From assembly GCA_963841735.1 (NCBI GenBank), contig CAWJDT010000004.1, forward strand, positions 1-64,000: a stretch of DNA of 64,000 nucleotides. Reading direction: 5' to 3'. The notes beneath the pieces are model-generated. The model had not been told where the DNA came from and did no database searches. It saw only the letters and a program-made list of their open reading frames with translations. The stretch is from an uncultured Actinomycetes bacterium. GTDB lineage: Bacteria > Actinomycetota > Thermoleophilia > RBG-16-64-13. Made by a program: the position numbers and the translations under genes. Each line of letters starts with the position of its first letter. Position 1 is the stretch's first letter. Shown piece after piece: positions 36,763-45,804 of this stretch.

Positions 36763-37414
36763 CGTACCGTTGCCTTATCAGCACCCGGGTAGAGACATCC
36801 ACGGCGCCTCGTGCCAGCTCCGGCTTCTCGTTCACCACCAACTGGATATTGATCGCCACTACCGCGCGGCGCAGCGCGTCTGTGTTGGGCGTGGTGATCG
36901 GGTAGAGCGAGGCGTTGGTTTCGTCGTAGCCGTAGTAGGTGAAAATGGCGGTCTCACCGTTCTGCACGCCTGAGAGGACGACGATACTGTCCAGCGAGTA
37001 TTCGTCCGGATAGGTGGGCGGGTGTGTGCTCGTGTCGGGTTCAGCCGTCTGCATGCGGAGCGTGTTGTCCGATAGGTAGTACCGCACCTTCTCCGCCGAA
37101 TCGTCTTGATCGATGTCGACGAAGAAGATGAACTCCTGCGTGCCCGCGAGAAGCAGTGAGTCCGAGAGCGAGGTGAGGTTGGAGTCCGACGAGCAGGCCC
37201 CGCGGATGAAGCGGGTCATCTGGTAGATGGCCGTGCGTGCCGTATCCTGGTTCTGTATGCGGGTGGTCTGATCGAACGTGGTGCGGAGGACTCCCAGGTA
37301 AAGGCCGAGTATGGCCGCCGCCACAACGCCGGCGATGAGCATAGTCACCAGGAGTTCCACCAGGGTGAAGCCGCCCTGTTCCCGAAGAAGTCGCGCTGTC
37401 CTTCGTCTGCCCAT
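36740..37414 (-). CDS. PilW-like prepilin
   Basis: Basic leader then QGG|FTLVELLVTMLIAGVV type IV prepilin cleavage/methylation motif. Confidence 0.9.
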   Translation of the reverse strand: MGRRRTARLLREQGGFTLVELLVTMLIAGVVAAAILGLYLGVLRTTFDQTTRIQNQDTARTAIYQMTRFIRGACSSDSNLTSLSDSLLLAGTQEFIFFVDIDQDDSAEKVRYYLSDNTLRMQTAEPDTSTHPPTYPDEYSLDSIVVLSGVQNGETAIFTYYGYDETNASLYPITTPNTDALRRAVVAINIQLVVNEKPELARGAVDVSTRVLIRQRYDGGLSGG

Positions 37415-37417
37415 GCG

Positions 37418-38491
37418 CTACGTGATGGGGAGTTCTAGTTCTATGGTCCGCGTGGTCCCAGCATCGAGAATTACGCCCACCTGGCCCGGCTGCAGCGTGA
37501 CACTGGGGTCGACCGGGTCGGGATCCGTGCCTGCGGTCACGGTCAGGAGCGGGTCAAGCGTCCCTGCGGTCTGGACGATGTGAGGCTGCAGGCTGGTGGC
37601 GTACCTTATGCTGGGGAAAGTGGCGTAGCCGTTCTCGTCGGTCGTGACGGTTTGCGAGAAGGTCCAGGGCTCGATAGAAAGAGATCCGCTGACGGTGAGC
37701 GACACACCAGATCGAGGATAGCCAGCGCCGTCGGTGAGGTGGACGGACAGGGTCGAGAGCCTGTCGATGATGAGCTGTACCACCGTATAGGGAGTGCCCG
37801 TCATGAGCACCAGCCCTTCGGGAGTGGCGGCCGAGTCATAGCCCGTCTTGGTCGCGGTGAGGTAGTAGCTGTTGGTGCTGTCGGGATCGCGCCCGGATAC
37901 CAAGAGATGACCCTGGGAATCCGTGCGAACGGCCGAACTGTAGATGTTCACGTTGGGCACCAGATGTTCGTTCTCAATGCGCAGACGCACGTCGGGTACT
38001 GGGCCTCCAGCGGTGTCGGTCACGGTGATATCTAGGGTGCCTCCGGTGGCGCCGCCGGCGATAATGGAGCTGAGCTGCATCGGGTCGAGGCCTTCGCTGT
38101 CGGTGGCCTTGACGATTACGGTCACCCGCCGGTAATTGGCGGGATAGGGACCGTCGTAGCTGGGATCCGTGACGAAGACGACCTCGCGGGTGATCTCAAC
38201 GGGTACGCCCTCCACGGTCTTGCTCTCGACGTCGAGGAGATCGCCCGAAACCGGCCCGTCCACTGTGCCGATCTTCTCGTAGGGCAGGGCGCGGATGTTC
38301 TCGATCTCTTCGGTGGCGATCTGATGTAGCAGCGAACGTGTCTCGGAATCCATGACGCGGTTGGTTGCTGAGGCGAAGAACTGTACTGTACCTACAACGA
38401 AGATAGCCAGGAGGACAATGGCCACAAGGACCTCGATGAGAGAGAACCCCTGCTCACCGTCAAGCTCGGCTGTCGCTTCTATCCTGTCCAG
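37418..38491 (-). CDS. PilV-like prepilin with C-terminal beta-sandwich (carboxypeptidase-regulatory-like) domains; start uncertain
   Basis: In-frame EQG|FSLIEVLVAIVLLAIF upstream of the listed ORF; EIENIRALPYEKIG; GTLDITVTDTAGGPVPDV, TDSQG, TDENG. Confidence 0.82.
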   Translation of the reverse strand: MDRIEATAELDGEQGFSLIEVLVAIVLLAIFVVGTVQFFASATNRVMDSETRSLLHQIATEEIENIRALPYEKIGTVDGPVSGDLLDVESKTVEGVPVEITREVVFVTDPSYDGPYPANYRRVTVIVKATDSEGLDPMQLSSIIAGGATGGTLDITVTDTAGGPVPDVRLRIENEHLVPNVNIYSSAVRTDSQGHLLVSGRDPDSTNSYYLTATKTGYDSAATPEGLVLMTGTPYTVVQLIIDRLSTLSVHLTDGAGYPRSGVSLTVSGSLSIEPWTFSQTVTTDENGYATFPSIRYATSLQPHIVQTAGTLDPLLTVTAGTDPDPVDPSVTLQPGQVGVILDAGTTRTIELELPIT

Positions 38492-38593
38492 GACCTCACC
38501 CCCACCAGACGCCCGCTACTTGGACAGTCGGAGCCGCCCATCGATCGGTGACTTCGCACCCGCGAGAGCGCCGGACGCGCTATCGCCTATCTT

Positions 38594-38621
38594 GTATCGG
38601 TTCAGACGCGGCAATTCGTTA
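38594..38621 (-). promoter_or_regulatory. Possible sigma-28 (FliA/WhiG)-type promoter for the pilin genes
   Basis: Minus strand TAACGAAT-N12-ACCGATAC, an imperfect match to TAAAGTTT-N11-GCCGATAA. Confidence 0.3.
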
Positions 38622-38634
38622 ATAGTCGACAGTG

Positions 38635-39894
38635 TCAGCTGTCGAGCAGCCGCCAGCGGGCGAAGAAGGGGACGCCCAAGACGGCCACTATGCCCATGGC
38701 GCCGATTCCCCACCTGGTGCCGTTGGCTCCGGCGCTCACACCCACCAGGGGCATGAGTGCGGCGCCAAGGCCCTGGGATAAGCGTTGCACCGCGCCGAAC
38801 AGGCCGAAACCCAGAGCCTGATAGTCTGCCATGAATGTTTGGGCGAAAGCTCCGCGCGCCGTAGAGGCGAGAGCGCCCGAGAAGAGGCCGTGCAGGCACG
38901 AACAAAGCACCACCATGGGCAGCGCGACCGCGACGCTGAACAGAAGGCAGTTGAAGGCCAATAGCACCAGTCCTCCGAGGATGATCTTGCGCACCAGGGG
39001 ACCGGTCGGGCGAAGCCAGGCTACGAAGCCGGCCCCCAGAGCTGAGTTGATGACCACGGCTCCGAATACCAGTAGCAGCGACGTGTCTCCTATGTGCGTG
39101 ACGGCGTCCACGTGGAGCGGGAGATAGAGGGTAATCCCCATGATGGCCGAGTTGAGGGCGAAATAGCCTGCGAGGAACCATCCGGCATGGCGCTCCCCAG
39201 AGGCCTCTCTGAGCAGGTCCCTAATACGGGCGAGTCTGCTCTGCCCGTGTAACGGTGTCGGGCTGGCCGACTGCTGCCAGAGGCCGGGGGTGAGCAGGCT
39301 GGGGATGGCGCAGGCCACGAAGATTAAGGCGGCCGGCACGATGGCGTAGCTTCTCCCGGCGATTCCCGGGATGAGTTTGCCTGAGGTGACCAGACGCACG
39401 AGGCCGATGCCGGCTGCACCTCCCAGGAAGCTGAGGCCCAGTCCGATAGAGGACACGCTGACAACATTGGCCCCAGCTGCGGCGCCGGTCAAGGAGGCGT
39501 TGTAGACGAGGCTGCAGAGCTGGAACAGGTAGTTGGCAGCCATGGCGGCGATGACGATCACAGCGACACCCGCCGGGTGAGACCTAGGAAGAAACGCCAG
39601 CAGTACGAGGATGGCGGCGGAGGAGAACATAGACCCCGCGAACACCTGCCGCCTCCGGTGGTTTTCGTCGGCGCTGACCCCTATGAACGGGCCGGAGAGT
39701 CCGATGGCCCACGACGACACGGCGGAGGCTAGGCCGAACAGCCAGGCAGGTACGCCGAGGTCTGTGACGATCCAAAGGGTCAGGTAAAGGGGGATGGCGA
39801 ATTCGACGGTGGTGTTGCCCAGGTCGAACGCATACCAGGCAGCGCGCGTGCGCCTGCCCGTGGCCGGGTCTTGTCTCGCGCGTACGGTGTGCAT
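38635..39894 (-). CDS. MFS transporter, Atg22/UMF1-like
   Basis: AWYAFDLGNT N-terminal motif, GPFIGVSADENHRRR, YNASL, about 12 TM segments. Confidence 0.82.
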   Translation of the reverse strand: MHTVRARQDPATGRRTRAAWYAFDLGNTTVEFAIPLYLTLWIVTDLGVPAWLFGLASAVSSWAIGLSGPFIGVSADENHRRRQVFAGSMFSSAAILVLLAFLPRSHPAGVAVIVIAAMAANYLFQLCSLVYNASLTGAAAGANVVSVSSIGLGLSFLGGAAGIGLVRLVTSGKLIPGIAGRSYAIVPAALIFVACAIPSLLTPGLWQQSASPTPLHGQSRLARIRDLLREASGERHAGWFLAGYFALNSAIMGITLYLPLHVDAVTHIGDTSLLLVFGAVVINSALGAGFVAWLRPTGPLVRKIILGGLVLLAFNCLLFSVAVALPMVVLCSCLHGLFSGALASTARGAFAQTFMADYQALGFGLFGAVQRLSQGLGAALMPLVGVSAGANGTRWGIGAMGIVAVLGVPFFARWRLLDS

Positions 39895-39946
39895 TTGACC
39901 TTAGTGTACTATGACTACTTCGTACAAGAAGCAGCGAGGTCTTGGC

Positions 39947-40504
39947 ATGAACAAGGGCGAAATAGGCCGCGGCGACTCTACTGAAGGCGGTGCCGTGGGG
40001 GCGCCGTCTGTGCAGCTCTACCAGGAAGTCCAACGCTTTCGACAGTGGCTGTTCGTGGTGCCTCTGGCGATAGCCACGGTGGTCATCTGGTGGGCGTTCT
40101 TCAAGCAGGTGGTGTTGAATGACCCCTCGGGGGAGCAGGCTTTGCCCGGATGGCTGGCCTGGGCGCTGGCCTTCGTCTTTGGCTTGGGCCTTCCGGCCCT
40201 AGGTTGGTCGATGCGTCTGATCACCGAAGTGCGGCCAGGTCTGCTTTGGGTACGGCTGAGTCCGTTTCGGGGGATGCGCATCCCCACAAAGGAGATCAAC
40301 AGCGCCTTCGCCCGCGAGTACTCGCCCATCAGGGAGTACGGGGGCTGGGGTGTGAGGGTCAGCCGCTCGGGCCGGGCTTACAATGCCTACGGTAACAATG
40401 GGGTACAACTGGTGTTGAGTGACGGGAGCAGGATCCTCGTCGGCAGCCAGCGGTCCGCGGAACTCGTGGCCGCTCTGCGGCTCGCCGGAGCCGACATCGA
40501 GTAG
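39947..40504 (+). CDS. DUF6141-like membrane protein
   Basis: YQEVQRFRQW, two TM, REYSPIREYGGWGVR...AYNAYGNNGVQLVL..G.RILVGSQR. Confidence 0.75.
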   Translation: MNKGEIGRGDSTEGGAVGAPSVQLYQEVQRFRQWLFVVPLAIATVVIWWAFFKQVVLNDPSGEQALPGWLAWALAFVFGLGLPALGWSMRLITEVRPGLLWVRLSPFRGMRIPTKEINSAFAREYSPIREYGGWGVRVSRSGRAYNAYGNNGVQLVLSDGSRILVGSQRSAELVAALRLAGADIE

Positions 40505-40525
40505 ACGAGGAGTGAGTCCGACCGG

Positions 40526-42865
40526 TCAGTCCGACTCAGGTATCCACTTGAAGATGCCGCGGGTGCCTATTGCGTAGAGCGCTCCACCAGGCGCGGGGAC
40601 CAAGCGGGTCAAGTACCCGCCGACCTCCGCAGGCTCTAGGTCACCCATCTCCTGCCAGGAGTCGCCTTTGTCAGTCGATCGGTAGATCTTCGCCGTCGTC
40701 TGCGTCAAGTCGGTCCAATCTCCGGCGGTGTACAGAGTGCCGCTCACCCAGGGGTCCACGAACAAGGCTGAGGGCTGATATCCGTCCAGCCCCTCACACG
40801 CCAGTTTGCTCCAAGTTTGGCCGCCATCGTCCGAGCGCCAGATTCCGTCGTTCTGGAACGTAAGGCCTGTTTGGCTCTCGAAGAAGGCGCGGCGGGCGTA
40901 GACAGTCACCCCGTCGTGTGTGTCCAGCGCCAGCGGGAGGTAGACCTGGCCGTCATCCTTTGTCAGGCCGTCACCAAGCTGGATCCACGTCCGACCGCCA
41001 TCTGTGGATGTGGACACGCCGAAGGGGTGAAACCCGAAGTCTCCCGGGCCTTCCGAAAGGATCGCGTAGAACCTGGAAGGTGCGCCCGGGGCGGCGGCGA
41101 CAAGGCCGTCGCCGGCCATCACAAGGTTGTCGCCAAGCGTCGCCTTCAACGGCCTGAGCTTCGCGTCGCCTAGAAGGCTGTCGATCCTGGGCAAGCTTGC
41201 CGTCTTCGCCCAACTTTGGCCGCCATCAGACGATTGGTATATCTCGGAGCCGGAAAAGGCGAGAAGGGTCTCTGGCGAGTCTGAAGCGACCAGTAGTCTG
41301 CTGTACGGCTCATCGGCGGTTCTCTGCGACCAGAGTCCGGTAGCAGGGAGGTCGGTCCAGCTTGCTCCAGCGTCGTCACTTCGCGCGAGCCCAGACATGG
41401 TGGGGAGGTAGAGCGTCGAGGGAGACGAGGGAGCAATTGCCAGGGATAGGCCAGGCTCTCCCGTGAACACCGTGGTCCACGAAGCTCCGCCGTTCGTGGA
41501 CTTGAGGACGGAGCCCCAGGTGTTCACGTAGATGGTCTCGGGGTTCTGCGGATCGAACGCCAGCGCGTAGACAAAGGGTCTGCGCTTGATGGCGGTCGTC
41601 GTGTTGGTCCAAGTCGCGCCCTGGTCGGTCGACTTGTAGATGCCTCCCGTGCCATGGTTGGTGGAGGCCACTGCATATAGGATCGACGGATCGGTAGGGT
41701 CGATCACGACGGGACTTGAGATGACGAGCGAGGCTCGGGTGGCCGAGTCGGTCACGGTCCAGGGGAAGCCTGTCAAGAATGCGGCGGCCCCGGAGATGGA
41801 GGCGGGAGAAGTGCCCGGGGCGACAGAGATCAGCATCTTGGCCCATTCTTGTTCGTCGCTGTCGGTCTTCGCCCACGTCTCACCTGCGTCTGGGGATACG
41901 TAGACTACGACTCCAGGGTCGGCGAGCGACTCAGGTGCCAAGGCCGGGTCGACTGCATAGAGATACAGCCGACGCGTGGGGTCTCTAGGGTCGGTGCGCA
42001 TGTCGTTTGGGACAACACCGGGGAGTGTCGGCGCAATGTTCTCCCAAGTTGCTCCGCCGTCCGGCGAACGCAGGAACTCCAAGGGGCCTCCTCCGTACTG
42101 CCGGGCGAAGAGGACGGAGCCTGACGGCGGAAAGATGAGTTCGCAGCTTGGCATGAGGCCTAGGCCTTCCCATGTCGCTCCGCCGTCGGTCGACTTGTGG
42201 AGTCCCGGTTTGAACAGACTGTTGACGTATAGGGTGGAGGGAGAAGTGGAAGTGTCGACCCAGAAAGCGCCCGTGAAATGCTCCACCGATGCGGCGAGCT
42301 GTGTCCAAGTTGCACCGCCATCCACAGACTTCTTGAGGCGCACATCGCCAATCGCGTCGCGCGCGGTGCCATATAGGACCGCTGGAGGACCGGGATCGAT
42401 TGTCAGCAATTGCAAATTCTCGGCACACAGTTGGGTCCAACTGGAAGCCGCGTCGCGGGAAACGAAGAGACCTGTCTCGTTTGCTGTGTAGAGGACGGCT
42501 GGATCGGACGGGTCCATCATGACGTAGGCGAAGTCTGAACCCTCGGTTTGCGGCAAAGACAGTTCTTGCCAGGTGTCAACCGGCTCAGTGGGGGTCTGCG
42601 AAGCCTCGCTTGTGGTCCCGCCGGTCTGATCGTCGGTTATCAGAAGGATGCTTTCGTTATGCGGCCACCAATGGATGGCCCCAAAGGCTCCAAAGCCCAG
42701 CGCGACTGCAATAGCGGCGGTCGTACTTACGACCTTCAGCCAGCGCCGCCGGGCATACCGGCGCTTCGCGACCTGGGCGCGCAGGGCATTCCAGGCTCCG
42801 CTGTCATCGACGGTCGGAGCGAGGTCCCTGAGGGCATCTCTCAGTAGGTGATCGTCTTCGCGCAT
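40526..42865 (-). CDS. Putative anti-sigma factor with extracytoplasmic Asp-box (BNR/VPS10-like) beta-propellers
   Basis: EDDHLLRDALRDLAP...AKRRYARRR, one TM, 12 SxDxGxxW-type boxes; start overlaps the sigma gene's 3' end. Confidence 0.8.
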   Translation of the reverse strand: MREDDHLLRDALRDLAPTVDDSGAWNALRAQVAKRRYARRRWLKVVSTTAAIAVALGFGAFGAIHWWPHNESILLITDDQTGGTTSEASQTPTEPVDTWQELSLPQTEGSDFAYVMMDPSDPAVLYTANETGLFVSRDAASSWTQLCAENLQLLTIDPGPPAVLYGTARDAIGDVRLKKSVDGGATWTQLAASVEHFTGAFWVDTSTSPSTLYVNSLFKPGLHKSTDGGATWEGLGLMPSCELIFPPSGSVLFARQYGGGPLEFLRSPDGGATWENIAPTLPGVVPNDMRTDPRDPTRRLYLYAVDPALAPESLADPGVVVYVSPDAGETWAKTDSDEQEWAKMLISVAPGTSPASISGAAAFLTGFPWTVTDSATRASLVISSPVVIDPTDPSILYAVASTNHGTGGIYKSTDQGATWTNTTTAIKRRPFVYALAFDPQNPETIYVNTWGSVLKSTNGGASWTTVFTGEPGLSLAIAPSSPSTLYLPTMSGLARSDDAGASWTDLPATGLWSQRTADEPYSRLLVASDSPETLLAFSGSEIYQSSDGGQSWAKTASLPRIDSLLGDAKLRPLKATLGDNLVMAGDGLVAAAPGAPSRFYAILSEGPGDFGFHPFGVSTSTDGGRTWIQLGDGLTKDDGQVYLPLALDTHDGVTVYARRAFFESQTGLTFQNDGIWRSDDGGQTWSKLACEGLDGYQPSALFVDPWVSGTLYTAGDWTDLTQTTAKIYRSTDKGDSWQEMGDLEPAEVGGYLTRLVPAPGGALYAIGTRGIFKWIPESD

Positions 42866-43371
42866 GACCTTGCCTCCAGTGTGGGCTTGAGTGCCGCTCG
42901 AGCGCGGTGGAGATGTGTGTTGACCGAACCCTCCGAAATGCCCATGGAGCGCGCGACTTGCGCCACGGGCAGACCTTCCACGTAGTAGAGGGCCACGGCC
43001 ACTCTCTGGCGGAGGGGAAGGCTCCGTATGGCGACCTCCAAATCAGACTGCATCTGCGACTCCGCGCCCGGCCGCGGCTCCGGGTTGCGAAGGCGAAGCA
43101 GCGCGGCCGCCCGGCGACGAAGCGATCTGCGGTGGTTGCTGAGCCGGTTGATGGCGACGTGGCGCACCCAGGCCATCGGGTTGTCGTACTTGCCGACCCG
43201 CTTCCAGTGTAGGCACAACTGCAGGAAGGCCTCCTGGACGGCGTCTGCCGCAGCCTCCTGATCTCCGCAGGCAACAGCCAGAGAGCGAACCAGCGCAGTG
43301 TAGTTGTGCTCAAAGAGGGACGCCGGATCGACGGCCCGGTCGGCAATGTGGCCCTTCGGCCCGGCTTCCAT
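42841..43371 (-). CDS. ECF RNA polymerase sigma factor (SigE-like)
   Basis: AADAVQEAF, AWVRHVAIN, LPLRQRVAVALYYVEGLPVAQVARSMGISEGSVNTHLHRAR; GAGGT RBS before ATG 43371. Confidence 0.93.
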   Translation of the reverse strand: MEAGPKGHIADRAVDPASLFEHNYTALVRSLAVACGDQEAAADAVQEAFLQLCLHWKRVGKYDNPMAWVRHVAINRLSNHRRSLRRRAAALLRLRNPEPRPGAESQMQSDLEVAIRSLPLRQRVAVALYYVEGLPVAQVARSMGISEGSVNTHLHRARAALKPTLEARSCAKTITY

Positions 43372-43517
43372 GGCACCTCGCACAAGTCTCTCTCGAGTGG
43401 TCAACGCAGACTCGCCGTGTTTCACCGATACTCCCCCCAGATGAGGGCGATTCGATTCACCGCCTAATACACACCGGAGCGACCGGCTGGCTTGACACTC
43501 GAACAGCGCGGAGATGC

Positions 43518-45647
43518 TTAGGGAAGAAGTGCTTTCACTTGTCCCAGGACGGGTTCGATCATCGCGATGAAAGAGAAGCGCCGAATGGTAGGCCTGTGCG
43601 CGGTTATGAGCGCGCGTGCGGGCTCAGGCAAGGGACCCGTCAACGGAGTCAAGAGGAGGATGCCTCTGTCTTGGGCCAAGTAGGGTCCGGCGGCCAGGGC
43701 ATCGGGGAACTTGTCACCGGTAGCAAGGGCTGTGTGTGTGAAATCCAGTCCGGCGCATGCTCTGGCCCAAACGGCCACGTTGCGGTTGGTGGCGTACCGA
43801 TCTGCGCCCGAGAGATTGGCCAGCCCGTTCACCCTGGCGGGCAGAGTGACATAGGTGCCCACCTTTATAGCCGACGTTATATTCAACTCGTTAAGAGCGG
43901 CAGCGGCTCTGGAGTTCAGGGGTCCGCTGCTACCCGCGGTCAGCAGGATGGGCCACTTCTGCGCGCACGCCAACGGTGCCACGCCGATGGCATCGGGGAA
44001 GAGATTCCCTCGGGTGATTATGGCGACGGCTGCGCTCAGGTCTCCAAGCTTGGTCTTTAGGGCTTTTGCCACCCTGTAGCTCATGTCGTAGACGCTTCCC
44101 CCAGTGCCGCGGATGGTGGTGACGGTACAGGTGGGGCCGAGCGCGGCCCGCACGGCGGCCGCGACGGCGTCGGATAGTCCGATGCACACCACGTACTTCG
44201 GGCGGAGCCGGAGGATTTCAGTCCGCACAGTGCCCCTCAGTCCCACCGTAGGCGTAAGGAGCACCGGGCCTCCGTATGCGGCCGCGAGAGGCGCCCCGCA
44301 GAGCGCTTCTGGAAAGGTCTCTCCCGGAGCAAGCACCAGACCACATTCAGGCGGCAGTGCGCTGGGGTACATGGCCTTGGAGATCCTGACTGCCGTGTCG
44401 TAGCGGTCGGTGCCCCGAAGCGAGACGAAGAGGCGCGTGGTGACAAAGATGTCGGCCAGGGCGTTGTCATCGGCGGCGACGAGGTTGGATGAGAGGGAAA
44501 CGAAACCCACCACGCGTCCATTGCCGCTCAGGGCAGCGCCTTCGCATATGGAGTTTCCCTGGGCGCCCGCGGCGGAGAGGCTCACCCGTTCGGTTGTGCC
44601 GGTCGCTGTGTCGCGGAGGAACACATCGGCCGCCTCGTTCGTATCGCCGGAGACAAGATTGTCTCCCCACGAGGTGAAGGCGATGTACCGGCCGTCGGCG
44701 CTGAGTGAATACCACTCCGACGCAGAGTTGGCCGCTGCGCCGCCGGTAGCCACATCGGCTCTTGCTGCGATGCTCGTCAGGCGATCGAAGACGTATAGCG
44801 CACCGAGCTTGGAATAGGCCACGTAGCGGCCGTCAGCGCTGATCCTGCAGCCTGGATCCACTTCGTCGCCGGCAGCGGTGAGAGTGACGCGCTGCGTCGT
44901 CGCGTTCTGCCGGTCTCGTACAAACACGTCCCAGCTAGACGCGGTGTCGCCCGGCGTCAGATTGTCGGCTACCGACAGAAACGCGACATACCTTCCGTCG
45001 GCGCTGAGGCCGCAGCCCGAAAAACTGCCATCGTTCGCCAGAGAACCGTCTGTGCCGAGGCTGACGATCTCGGTGGTGCCTGCCAAGCGGTCGCGCACGA
45101 ACACGTCCCAGTGAGCGTTGACATCGCCGGTCACCAGGTTGGTCGCTCCCGACGCGAAGGCCACGTAGCGGCCGTCCGCGCTCATTGAGAAGTCCAGACT
45201 CAGAAAGTCGGCTTCGGAGCCGTCATTGGCAAGGCTGACTCTTTCGGTCACCCCGGTTTGGCGATCGTGGACGAAAATATCCGTCCAGCCGTTCGCATCG
45301 CCGGTCACCAGGTTGGTCGCTCCCGATGCGAAGGCCACGTAGCGACCGTCGGCGCTGAGGATGGGACTACTCACATCCGCGTCCGCGTGGGTGCCGTCCG
45401 AGGCCACACTTACCATCTGCAGGGCGCCGGTGTGTCGGTCGTAGACGAAAGCGTCGCAGCTGTCGTTGAGGTCATCGGGGACCAGGTTGGTCGCGTCGGA
45501 CGCGAATGCGACGTAGCGGCCATCGGCGCTGAGCGAGACGACCGGGTGGCCGGTGCGTGCTTCGATGCGCTCGATCGGCTGGGCAAGGGCGACGGCAGGC
45601 ACCAACAATAAGGAGCAGGCAAGTGCTATGAGGAACAGACTACGCAT
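43518..45647 (-). CDS. Secreted TolB/PD40-like propeller protein with three cell-wall-binding 2 (CWB2) repeats
   Basis: Signal peptide ending ALA; repeats SADGRYVAFxSxATNLVxGDxN; GTDRYDTA/FPEAL, FPDAI/PILLT, GADRYAT/FPDAL. Confidence 0.88.
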   Translation of the reverse strand: MRSLFLIALACSLLLVPAVALAQPIERIEARTGHPVVSLSADGRYVAFASDATNLVPDDLNDSCDAFVYDRHTGALQMVSVASDGTHADADVSSPILSADGRYVAFASGATNLVTGDANGWTDIFVHDRQTGVTERVSLANDGSEADFLSLDFSMSADGRYVAFASGATNLVTGDVNAHWDVFVRDRLAGTTEIVSLGTDGSLANDGSFSGCGLSADGRYVAFLSVADNLTPGDTASSWDVFVRDRQNATTQRVTLTAAGDEVDPGCRISADGRYVAYSKLGALYVFDRLTSIAARADVATGGAAANSASEWYSLSADGRYIAFTSWGDNLVSGDTNEAADVFLRDTATGTTERVSLSAAGAQGNSICEGAALSGNGRVVGFVSLSSNLVAADDNALADIFVTTRLFVSLRGTDRYDTAVRISKAMYPSALPPECGLVLAPGETFPEALCGAPLAAAYGGPVLLTPTVGLRGTVRTEILRLRPKYVVCIGLSDAVAAAVRAALGPTCTVTTIRGTGGSVYDMSYRVAKALKTKLGDLSAAVAIITRGNLFPDAIGVAPLACAQKWPILLTAGSSGPLNSRAAAALNELNITSAIKVGTYVTLPARVNGLANLSGADRYATNRNVAVWARACAGLDFTHTALATGDKFPDALAAGPYLAQDRGILLLTPLTGPLPEPARALITAHRPTIRRFSFIAMIEPVLGQVKALLP
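45122..45356. repeat. Two 61-bp near-identical direct repeats (45122-45182, 45296-45356) in adjacent propeller blades
   Basis: 58/61 identical, 174 nt (58 codons) apart. Confidence 0.8.
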
Positions 45648-45804
45648 GAAGGCCAGTGTAAGGCATCGGTCGCGTAGCCTGCTAGTGTAAGGAAGGAAGC
45701 GAGACGCCGCGGGTTGCTTCGCTGCAGGACCCGTCGTGGTTGGCAGCACACGAGATAGAATCTTCGTCGGCAGACGAGAGCGTAGAGAGGGACGGGAGTC
45801 AACG

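Noticed and set aside
38520-38590. c-di-GMP-I riboswitch ahead of the pilin genes
   Set aside because: No GGCAAA/GNRA/GCAAA core arrangement could be found
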